Shown here piece by piece: positions 46,084 to 54,297 of a stretch of 64,000 nt of DNA (position 1 is its first letter; each line of letters begins with the position of its first letter). This DNA comes from a virus. The stretch covers positions 1-64,000 of IMG/VR virus record IMGVR_UViG_3300047472_000191. One strand, given 5' to 3'. A model generated the notes under the pieces. It saw only the letters and a program-made list of their open reading frames with translations. It had not been told where the DNA came from and ran no database searches. The position numbers and the translations under genes were made by a program.

Positions 46084-46917
46084 CTACTCCAGTGCGAGAC
46101 GCCCCCCGTGGACCTCGGTCTGACCGACCATCGCCCGCCGCCCGGCGGCACTGCCGTGCTCCCAGCCGTGGGTACTCCACTGCCCGCCAGTACGGGCGTT
46201 CCGGAGCCCGTCAAGCTCTTCGAACATCTGGGCAATCCGGGCGGCGGTGTCGACAAGTACCACCTCGTATCCCCTGCCCGCCTCCTGGACGGCATCCGCC
46301 CGCTTGAGCCGGATCCGCTCGGCGGCCTCCGAGTAAAACGCCAGGCAGAACGAACGGCGCCGCGTACGGATCTCAGAGTTGAGGTGCCTCACGAAGTCCT
46401 TGGGATCGTTCCCGTCGTTCTTCATCGCTGTGATGAGGCGCTGAATGTGGGCGATGGACGGTTCCTGCCGGGTCTCCGCGATGTACTTGATGCCCGCGTT
46501 GACCTCTTGCAGCATCAGGGACGGGAGCAGCACCTTGAGGATCTCCATGGCCGACTCGGTGGCGTAGGCCACGAGTTCCTCTTGTTCGCCCTTCCCGTGC
46601 GGGATGCTGCGTACGTACCCTCTGCCTCCGATGGCGTTCAGTACCTCGATGACGCCGTAGCCCCGGGTCGTATTGAGGCCGTAGGACGTCGGGTAGGTGA
46701 ACGTGTGGATGACGATGTCTTCCCGCTGGTACTGCCCGCTGTGCGGGTCCAGCTTCGCGGTGTCTACCCGGTGCTTGTCTGCGAGCCGGTACACCCGCTC
46801 CATGGCGACGTCGCGTTCTTCCTGCGTAGTGCCGGGGTCTTCGGCGAGTCTCAGCAGGCTTTTGATCTTTTCCTGGATGCGCTCGGAGGCGCCTGGGGCG
46901 GTGGTCGGGTCGGTCAT
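46084..46917 (-). CDS. DUF2786-domain protein
   Basis: 'IQEKIKSLLRLAED..TTQEERDVAM..V.RL..KH'; start re-called. Confidence 0.75.
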   Translation of the reverse strand: MTDPTTAPGASERIQEKIKSLLRLAEDPGTTQEERDVAMERVYRLADKHRVDTAKLDPHSGQYQREDIVIHTFTYPTSYGLNTTRGYGVIEVLNAIGGRGYVRSIPHGKGEQEELVAYATESAMEILKVLLPSLMLQEVNAGIKYIAETRQEPSIAHIQRLITAMKNDGNDPKDFVRHLNSEIRTRRRSFCLAFYSEAAERIRLKRADAVQEAGRGYEVVLVDTAARIAQMFEELDGLRNARTGGQWSTHGWEHGSAAGRRAMVGQTEVHGGRLALE

Positions 46918-47054
46918 TTTTCCTCGAAACGTGATGGGGGTTAGGTGCCTCAGCATATCAGGGTAGATAGATCTTGGATTTGGGTTGCGCCGTCTTCTCA
47001 GAGCGTGCTAGTGTAGATACATCGAACAGGGACACCAGAACCGAGGAGACCCCC

Positions 47055-47540
47055 ATGGCTGCCACCACCTACGCCCCCAAGACGATCAGCCCCAAGCAGT
47101 CCGCCTACATCGCGAGCCTCTTGGAGCTGCGGGAGGTCCCTCGGATCTTCGTCCTCCAGTTCACCGAGGACATGACCGCGTCGGCCGCCTCGGACCTGAT
47201 CGATTCGCTCAAGGAATGCCCCTGGAAGAACGACAAGCCCCAGGTCAAGAAGGGGGAGCCCGTCGGCGAGGGCTTCTACTGCCACGGAGAGAACTACTAC
47301 AAGGTTCAGACCTCCAAGACCTCTGGCAAGCGCTACGCGAAGATCTGGAACGGCAAGGGCTGGGACTACGCCTCGGGCGCGCTCTTCAAGCTCACCGACG
47401 CCAACAAGCTCACGGAGGCGCAGGCGGTGAAGTTCGGCAAGAAGACCGGACACTGCTGCATCTGCTCCAAACTCCTGACGAACCCCGAGTCCGTTTCGGC
47501 CGGAATTGGGCCGATTTGCAAGGGCAACATGGGCTGGTAA
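47055..47540 (+). CDS. DUF6011-like Zn-finger protein
   Basis: 'GHCCICSKLLTNPESVSAGIGPIC'; follows promoter 47009 and leader. Confidence 0.75.
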   Translation: MAATTYAPKTISPKQSAYIASLLELREVPRIFVLQFTEDMTASAASDLIDSLKECPWKNDKPQVKKGEPVGEGFYCHGENYYKVQTSKTSGKRYAKIWNGKGWDYASGALFKLTDANKLTEAQAVKFGKKTGHCCICSKLLTNPESVSAGIGPICKGNMGW

Positions 47541-47591
47541 GACCCAACTGGGGGCCTTCGGGCCCCTTTCACCTTTTTGAGAGGAAACCCC

Positions 47592-48143
47592 ATGGAAGAT
47601 ATGGTCATCTGGCCGGGCACGCTGGACTACGAGGACTCCGGGGAGGGTGGCCTGTTCGCCTGGATGATCGTCCCCGAGTACATCGGCGACGGTGAGCCCT
47701 ACGGGACCGCCGCCAACACCTACGGCAACAACTGCCACGTAGACGTGACCGCGTACCTGTCCCGGCCCCGGGTCCTGCTCAAGTCCCCGGACGTGTGCGT
47801 GAGTCCCGAGGGGCGCAAGGTGTTCATGCCGTGGAAGCACCGGGACAGCTGGTTCGACCACTCTCAGGCGATCGACAAGCGCCTGAATCTCGACCCGAAC
47901 ATTGACGGGGACCGGAGGCTCCGGATGGCCCTCTTGCAGACCCTCGGTGCCGATGACATCAGCGTTCCGATGCTGGCGTCGGTGTTCCTCGGGTCGACGG
48001 GTCAGAGCCTGTACAGCAACCGTCAGGGCGGCTACTTCGCCGCGACAAAGGACGACCTGACCCTGAACGGGAAGACGCTGTACAACGCCTTCCAGCAGGT
48101 GTACGGGGTCGATCCGATCATCTTGACATTTTTGGATACGTGA
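47592..48143 (+). CDS. hypothetical protein
   Basis: GAGGA RBS. Confidence 0.75.
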   Translation: MEDMVIWPGTLDYEDSGEGGLFAWMIVPEYIGDGEPYGTAANTYGNNCHVDVTAYLSRPRVLLKSPDVCVSPEGRKVFMPWKHRDSWFDHSQAIDKRLNLDPNIDGDRRLRMALLQTLGADDISVPMLASVFLGSTGQSLYSNRQGGYFAATKDDLTLNGKTLYNAFQQVYGVDPIILTFLDT

Positions 48144-48227
48144 CCGTACCGGGGAGGGGGCCATTTGCGGTTCCCCTCCCCTTTCGCTAGGGTAGATACA
48201 ACGTACTTGAACCGCCCGGAGGTTCCC

Positions 48228-49337
48228 ATGGCCGATCTCAGTATCCCCCGCAGCATGATCAACATGTTCCCCTACGACACACACCCGTGGACCGCCGCCA
48301 AATTTGTGTCCGAGCTGGAACGCCGCCACCTGGGGGCTATCGAGTGGCTCGAACAGGCCGAATGGCTGCCAGTTGCCGACGCCCTGCTGGGGGAGGACGG
48401 AAAGATGCCCGCCGTCCCCATGTCGAGGAGTTCCGTCCTTAACTACCACCTACAGATGACTGCACAGGAAGTTGCCGTCCACCGCCTGTGGAACCGGCAC
48501 CGGGTCGTGTTCGACGTCCACCCCGGGCTGACCCGTCATCTGCGGTCGTCCGGCAGCGACAAGTTCCCGCCGATGGTGCTTCAGAGCCTGACCCACATCA
48601 ACCCTGTGGTGTTCCTCGAAGAGCCGGTGAACATGCGGGACTCGGCAGACAAGCCGGTCCGGCTGGTCGGATGGTACGTAGCAGGCATGAGCGCCCGTAA
48701 GGGGTATATCGACACCACGGACTCCCGGGCGCGTGCATTCCATCTCACTGCCGTTTCTGAGGTGCTGAGCCCCGACGGAAAGGAAGTGATCGACTGGGAC
48801 CACTGCCGGATCACGATGCCGGTCACGGGGGCCGATGCCACGGTGGGCGAACTCATTGAGCAGGCTCTCGACGCGTTCCAGTGGGATCCGACGATTTCCG
48901 GGCAGACTCAAGACTTGCAGCGGAAGTTCATCTCGGATCTGCTGTATGTGGCGGTGCCTCACATGCTGTACCTCGTGTCGCAGGGGCTGGAGAGCCAGCC
49001 GAAGCCGTTCCACACGCCTGCGGCACCGAGGAAGAACCGTTGGGACCGTAAGCAGGGCGGCGGCAGGGTCACCAGGCAGCTGGTGGGGTTCCGTACGGGG
49101 CCTGCGCTGGCGACTATCGACCGGTGGGGGGATGCCGCGTCTGATCCTCGGGAGGCGAAGGGTCCGCAGGGGCTGCGGCGGTCTCCTGTGGCCCATATGA
49201 GGCGGGCGCACTTCCACACGTTCCTGGCGGGCCCCCGGGATGCGGCGGAGCGCGAGAAGCGCGTGAAGTGGCTGCCGCCGATCCCGGTCAACGCGGACGG
49301 GCCGTCTACGGAGACGGTGGCAGTGAAGATCAAGTAG
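48228..49337 (+). CDS. hypothetical protein with HxRRAHxH motif (AcrVA2/FinQ-like?)
   Basis: 'SPVAHMRRAHFHTF...KWLPPIPVN'; follows promoter 48188; GGAGG RBS. Confidence 0.6.
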   Translation: MADLSIPRSMINMFPYDTHPWTAAKFVSELERRHLGAIEWLEQAEWLPVADALLGEDGKMPAVPMSRSSVLNYHLQMTAQEVAVHRLWNRHRVVFDVHPGLTRHLRSSGSDKFPPMVLQSLTHINPVVFLEEPVNMRDSADKPVRLVGWYVAGMSARKGYIDTTDSRARAFHLTAVSEVLSPDGKEVIDWDHCRITMPVTGADATVGELIEQALDAFQWDPTISGQTQDLQRKFISDLLYVAVPHMLYLVSQGLESQPKPFHTPAAPRKNRWDRKQGGGRVTRQLVGFRTGPALATIDRWGDAASDPREAKGPQGLRRSPVAHMRRAHFHTFLAGPRDAAEREKRVKWLPPIPVNADGPSTETVAVKIK

Positions 49338-49415
49338 TACTGGGGGAGGGGACTTGAGTTCCCCTCCCCCTTAGTGTTAGGGTAGATATATCGCAATCGA
49401 CGGATGGGACACACC

Positions 49416-49646
49416 ATGATCACTCGCACGAACGACTACCCCACCGGCAGCGCGGACGGCATGTCATTCATCTGCAACCGATGGGTGTTCACCGGCCCCA
49501 AGGGCTACCGCGTCAAGCCCAACGACGACGGCACGTTCAACGTGTACTCGTACGCGCACATGCAGGAGCGAGTGGTCGGCACGTTCGGTATGAACCTGAC
49601 GGAGGACGCGGCGCACGCCCTGGCGGCGTCCCTCGCAAAGCACTGA
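49416..49646 (+). CDS. hypothetical protein
   Basis: Follows promoter 49378. Confidence 0.7.
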   Translation: MITRTNDYPTGSADGMSFICNRWVFTGPKGYRVKPNDDGTFNVYSYAHMQERVVGTFGMNLTEDAAHALAASLAKH

Positions 49647-49647
49647 A

Positions 49648-49705
49648 GCCGGATACGCCGAAGGGGCGGGAGTCTTCTGACTCTCCGCCCCTTCGGCGTA
49701 TCTGC
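49648..49705. terminator. Long hairpin between convergent genes
   Basis: GATACGCCGAAGGGGCGG...CCGCCCCTTCGGCGTATC. Confidence 0.8.
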
Positions 49706-49708
49706 GGC

Positions 49709-50242
49709 CTAGTAGTTGCCGTTGCTCAGGATCTCTCCGCGCGAGTCGTAGACCGTGACCAGCCCGTTCTTGCTGTCCTTGCCCCGGCTGGTCTGCCAGT
49801 CCGTGAAGGCGCTGGCGATCAGCTTGCCGTCGCTCTGGTGCGGGCCCATCATGCCGCCGCTGTAGTCGGTGTAGATGTCGGCGGTGTCCAGAACGTCGTT
49901 CTTCTTGTCGGCGCCCTGGATCTTGGTGACGTGACCGGCGGCGGCCTTCTCGGTGGCCGTACCGTTCTTGGCCACGTACGCCTTGAACTCCTGTACCGGG
50001 CTCTGCGCGGCGCCCGCGTCCTCGCCAGCGGTCAGGGTAGGACGGCTGCTGTGAGGGGAGGAGTCGTCGGTCGTGCCCTTGCTGCCGTTGGACGACGCGG
50101 CGACCGCGACAACTCCGACCGCGACGAAACCGATGAAGACGTAGAGGCAGCCCTTGCCCTTGCGCTTCTTCTTCGGCTCGGGCTGCGGGGCGTACTGCGG
50201 GCCCTGGTTGGGCAACGGCTGCTGCGGGTCCTGCTGAGACAT
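49709..50242 (-). CDS. single-pass membrane protein
   Basis: P/Q-rich N-terminus, 'KKKRKGKGC' then a TM helix; start re-called. Confidence 0.7.
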   Translation of the reverse strand: MSQQDPQQPLPNQGPQYAPQPEPKKKRKGKGCLYVFIGFVAVGVVAVAASSNGSKGTTDDSSPHSSRPTLTAGEDAGAAQSPVQEFKAYVAKNGTATEKAAAGHVTKIQGADKKNDVLDTADIYTDYSGGMMGPHQSDGKLIASAFTDWQTSRGKDSKNGLVTVYDSRGEILSNGNY

Positions 50243-50474
50243 GGGAGTTCCCCCTGAGGTGAGTTGGGGCCATCGCAGCGCGTGCCAGCGAAGGCGGAGA
50301 GCAGCATACGGCACTGTCCGTGTCCGATCAATCTACCCTCTCACCGCTTTGCACTTGCAGCGCTAATTGCAGGACTAGTTGTAGGCTGACGTAAACGTGA
50401 TCGGTAAGCTACCGTAAACGTCACCGGAAACAATCAGGCCAAGTACGCCGGTCCTGTAGCACCTGTAGGGGATC

Positions 50475-50741
50475 ATGAGCCTCATAAACGACTTGGTGAG
50501 CATCGAATCCCGACGCGGCACCTATCCCGGCCCCCAGTGCACCGTCGCGCGAATCATGGGCCAGATCAGCGAAGACGACCGCGCCCAGCTGTGCCGCGTC
50601 CTCGACAACCCCGACATCCCCGGCTCCGTCATCGCCGGGGCGCTCACCAGCAACGGATACCCGGTGGCCGACAAAACGGTTCTGCGGCACCGCAAGCGCG
50701 GCACCGCGTCTGGCTGCCACTGCCCCAAGGGTGATGAGTGA
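50475..50741 (+). CDS. small HTH/Zn protein
   Basis: 'IAGALTSNGYPVADKTVLRHRKR...CHC'. Confidence 0.7.
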   Translation: MSLINDLVSIESRRGTYPGPQCTVARIMGQISEDDRAQLCRVLDNPDIPGSVIAGALTSNGYPVADKTVLRHRKRGTASGCHCPKGDE

Positions 50742-51988
50742 ACGGGGGCCTCTCCAGCGACCTGGAGGCGTTACTACGGCTCCCCGCCGGACAAGCAGGA
50801 CCCTCACGTACCGGTCACACCCCGACCTCCCCCGTCGGCCGCGAATGGCAGCCCGGAGTCGCGTTCAACCCCGACGGCGCCATGACCGTGGTCACCGCCC
50901 CAACTGCCACAGGCCCGCAGGATCCTGACGCCTGGAAGGCTGCTGTTGAGGAACTCGGGCTCGCGGTCCCCGAGGGCTGGACCGTGCAGCTCACCGAAGC
51001 CAAATACGATCCCGCCGCCTGGACCCGCTCCGCCGAAGGTGCGGACGCCGTCACCCAGGCCGTGTGGCGCCTGAAATTCCGGGTGGCCCCGTCCTCCCTG
51101 GCCGGGTACGGCGCTGAGGACGTCGCGACGATGGTTCGGGACGCCATGCGCGTCAAACGCACTCGTAGGGCCCTTGTAGCCCCGTCTCGGGGCCTTGTCG
51201 TCGCCTACTCAGACCCCCAGACAGGCAAAGTGGACCGTCGCGGTGGTACTCCGGAACTTGTATCCCGCATCGCGGAAAAGTTTGACCGGCTCCAGGACCA
51301 CGTCCGCGACCTCAAGGCCCTCGGCCGCCCCGTGGACTCCGCGTACTGGATGGACGCCGGAGACTGCGTCGAAGGACAGCAGAACGTCGCCTCGCAGCTC
51401 GCCACGAACGATCTGACCATGACCGAGATGGTCCGGCTGCACCGCCGTCTGACCTTCGATGGACTGACCCGGCTCGCCCGGCAGTTCGACTCCGTGACCG
51501 CAGCAGTGTGCGCCTCCAACCACGCCCAGCACCGCATCAACGGCAAAGTCGTCGGGCCTCCCTCAGACGACTGGGGCATCGAGACGATGCAGCAAGTCGC
51601 CGACGCGTTCAACTGCAACCCCGACGCGTTCGGCCACGTCAAGTTCGTCCTGCCTGAAGAATGGCAGGAGACGGTGAGTATCGACGTCGCCGGAACGGTC
51701 GTCGGCCTCTCCCACGGGCACCAAGTACGAGGTCCCGGCAAGGTCGTGGACTGGTGGCGCGGCCAGACTTTCGGAGAGCAGCCGGTGGCAGCCGCCAAGA
51801 TCCTCCTGACCGGGCATTTCCACCACTTCCGGGCCGAGGAAGTCGGCTCCGGCAAGCTCTGGCTGCAAGCCCCCGCCCTGGACAACGGCTCTTCCTGGTA
51901 CGCCAACCGCTCCGGGGACGACTCCCGGGCCGGACTGATGGTCTTTTCCGTAGGTCCGGACGGCTGGTCCGACCTTGTCATCCTCTGA
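50738..51988 (+). CDS. Calcineurin-like metallophosphoesterase
   Basis: 'SDPQ', 'GDCVEG', 'SNH', 'HGH', 'GHFHH'. Confidence 0.85.
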   Translation: MNGGLSSDLEALLRLPAGQAGPSRTGHTPTSPVGREWQPGVAFNPDGAMTVVTAPTATGPQDPDAWKAAVEELGLAVPEGWTVQLTEAKYDPAAWTRSAEGADAVTQAVWRLKFRVAPSSLAGYGAEDVATMVRDAMRVKRTRRALVAPSRGLVVAYSDPQTGKVDRRGGTPELVSRIAEKFDRLQDHVRDLKALGRPVDSAYWMDAGDCVEGQQNVASQLATNDLTMTEMVRLHRRLTFDGLTRLARQFDSVTAAVCASNHAQHRINGKVVGPPSDDWGIETMQQVADAFNCNPDAFGHVKFVLPEEWQETVSIDVAGTVVGLSHGHQVRGPGKVVDWWRGQTFGEQPVAAAKILLTGHFHHFRAEEVGSGKLWLQAPALDNGSSWYANRSGDDSRAGLMVFSVGPDGWSDLVIL

Positions 51989-51999
51989 GGGGAGTTCCC

Positions 52000-52329
52000 G
52001 TGTCTCACGACGACGCCGAATCCGACGGTGAAGAGCTGGCGATCCCTCCGGGGATGCTCCCCCTGATCCACATCGAAGAGCCGGAGGTTGCCGCACTGCG
52101 GTGGACGCCCACCACGTTCTTCATCGACCTGTTCATGTCCGTCGCGGGCATCATGGAGGCCATCGCCGGTTTCTACGGTGACCAGGCCCGATCCCTCGCC
52201 GCCCGCGCCTCCCTCAAGGAGGAACTGAAGGACCGCGCGATCCGGCAGCAGATCAGAGCCGAGGAACGCCGCCGGATGCAGCTCCACACCCTGGAAGACA
52301 TCGCCTACTTACCCGAGGCCACAGAGTGA
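52000..52329 (+). CDS. hypothetical protein
   Basis: GGGGAG RBS; start re-called. Confidence 0.65.
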   Translation: MSHDDAESDGEELAIPPGMLPLIHIEEPEVAALRWTPTTFFIDLFMSVAGIMEAIAGFYGDQARSLAARASLKEELKDRAIRQQIRAEERRRMQLHTLEDIAYLPEATE

Positions 52330-52417
52330 TAGGGTAGCCGTAGGCGGTCCGGCCGGGTTCCCGGCAAGGTCCGCATACCGCAGTCAGGGCCGAGACGGTC
52401 GGTCAGGTCTGCTTCCA

Positions 52418-52454
52418 CGAAACCCCCCCGGTGGTCTTCACCGGGGGGTTTCGT
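52418..52454. terminator. Hairpin terminator
   Basis: CGAAACCCCCCGGTG...CACCGGGGGGTTTCG. Confidence 0.8.
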
Positions 52455-52536
52455 CATTTCCGGCATTCCCCTGCCTCTTGACTTTTCCGTACAATGATCA
52501 GACAAGTGCGGATTAGCTGGAGAAAGAGGGCAGGGC

Positions 52537-54240
52537 GTGGCACGCAACGCATGGGCGGACCGTCTCGCCACCCTCTACGAATTACAGGCAAAACAGGATT
52601 CACACCGCAATCCCGCCGTATGGGTAAAAGACATCCTCGGCGAGGACATGTGGTCCATGCAGACCGCCATTTGTGAGAGCGTCCGGGACCACCGATTCAC
52701 TGCCGTCCAGTCCTGCCACGCCGCCGGGAAAAGTCATCTGGCCTCCCGGCTGGCCGCCTGGTGGATCGCCACCACGCCCATGGAAGAGGTCTTCCTCGTC
52801 ACCACGGCGCCCACAGCCCGCCAGGTGGCCTCCATCCTCTGGCGCTACATTCAGCGCGCCCACAACCTTGCCAAAGAGCGGGGCTTCACCATCCCCGGGC
52901 AGATCCTTTCCTCACCCATCCCGTCGTGGAAGATCAACGGGGAACTTGTCGGTATCGGGCAGAAGCCGCCGGACAAGGAAGACTCTGCCTTCCAGGGTTT
53001 CCACGCCGAAAAGATCCTGGTCGTCATCGACGAAGCGTGTGGTGTCGACCGTTCCATCTGGGACGCCGTGGACTCCCTCGTGACCAACGAATCGTCCCGG
53101 GTGCTGGCCATCGGAAACCCTACCGACCCGGCTTCCCATTTCCGGCAGGTGTGCTCCCCGGAATCCCCGCTAGGTGAGAAGTGGAACAAGCTGCGGATCG
53201 ATGCCCTGCGGTCCCCGCTGATGACGGAAGAGGCGTGCTCCCGGTACCCGAAGCTGGTGGAGTACATGAAGGCGGAGGGGATCCCCTTCTCCACCGAGGC
53301 GGTGTCCTCCACGCTCCAGAAGACTCTGGTGGGTCCGACGTGGGTGTATGAGTCCATGATCGGATGGGGCAAGGAATCTTCGCTGTTCAATGCGAAGGTC
53401 CGGGCGATCTTCCCCGAGACGTCCGCTGAGGGCACCATCCCGCTGGCCTGGGCCGAGGCAGCCATGGCCCGGTGGGAACGCTGGCGCGACGGCACGTACA
53501 TCATCGACCCCGACACCGAAGAGCCGGTGTGCGTGGAAGAGCCGCGCGCCCAGCAGATCGGTGAGATCGTCATCGGCGCGGACATCTCCGACGGCGGCGA
53601 GGACGAGACAGTCGCGGCCGTCCGGCAGGGCGATGTAGTCCGCGAACTGCTGGCTTTCCCCTCCAAGGACCCGCTGACCACTGCGGACGATCTCCAGATC
53701 ATTGCCGCCAAACACGGGGCGCCGACGAACGCGAAATACATCGTGGACGGTATCGGCGTCGGCTCCGGTGTCGTGGCCAAGCTGCGCCGGGACGGTCAGG
53801 ATACGTACGCGTTCATCGCCGCCGCCAACTCCGGCCGCAAGGACACCACACAGAAGATGTCGTTCATCAACGACCGTGCGGCGGCCTGGTGGAATCTGCG
53901 GGAGCTGCTGAACCCCTCCCGCAAGGGCGGCGCCACGATCGCGTTCCCCCGGGACGAAAAGCTGCTGGCGGAGCTGACCTGCCCGCGCTACGACACACAG
54001 CCCGGTACCCCGAAGTACAAGATCGAAAAGAAGGAAGACATCAAGACCCGGCTGGGGCGGTCGACCGACCGGGCCGACGCTGTCATTCACGCGTTCTGGA
54101 TGCCGTACGGACCGGCTCCTTTCGAGGCGCCGAAGGACCACGACTGGAAGGCCTCCGACGAACGCTATACCGACAACGATTCAGAGGCCGTGGTGGAGAC
54201 ATGGGATACCACCACGGATATGGAACTCTCGGGCTGGTAG
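52537..54240 (+). CDS. terL: Terminase large subunit
   Basis: Walker A 'SCHAAGKS', 'TAPTARQ', Walker B 'LVVIDEA', 'IGNP', RNase H-like 'IGADIS', 'VDGIGVG', 'STDRADA'. Confidence 0.92.
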   Translation: MARNAWADRLATLYELQAKQDSHRNPAVWVKDILGEDMWSMQTAICESVRDHRFTAVQSCHAAGKSHLASRLAAWWIATTPMEEVFLVTTAPTARQVASILWRYIQRAHNLAKERGFTIPGQILSSPIPSWKINGELVGIGQKPPDKEDSAFQGFHAEKILVVIDEACGVDRSIWDAVDSLVTNESSRVLAIGNPTDPASHFRQVCSPESPLGEKWNKLRIDALRSPLMTEEACSRYPKLVEYMKAEGIPFSTEAVSSTLQKTLVGPTWVYESMIGWGKESSLFNAKVRAIFPETSAEGTIPLAWAEAAMARWERWRDGTYIIDPDTEEPVCVEEPRAQQIGEIVIGADISDGGEDETVAAVRQGDVVRELLAFPSKDPLTTADDLQIIAAKHGAPTNAKYIVDGIGVGSGVVAKLRRDGQDTYAFIAAANSGRKDTTQKMSFINDRAAAWWNLRELLNPSRKGGATIAFPRDEKLLAELTCPRYDTQPGTPKYKIEKKEDIKTRLGRSTDRADAVIHAFWMPYGPAPFEAPKDHDWKASDERYTDNDSEAVVETWDTTTDMELSGW

Positions 54241-54297
54241 GGCGAAAATTCCGAATGTTAGCATAAGCCGGACAGATGCATAGACTAGGGGAGCACC

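Noticed and set aside
431-49415. Dispersed repeats as a CRISPR array or integron attC sites
   Set aside because: Spacing is gene-sized and irregular, copies are on both strands, there are no cas genes and no attC-type RYYYAAC/GTTRRRY ends; the geometry fits promoters
52000-52329. Terminase small subunit call by position
   Set aside because: No recognisable motif, and separated from terL by a terminator
52331-52417. tRNA-like sequence ending in CCA
   Set aside because: No T-loop TTCRA, weak acceptor stem and no clear anticodon arm
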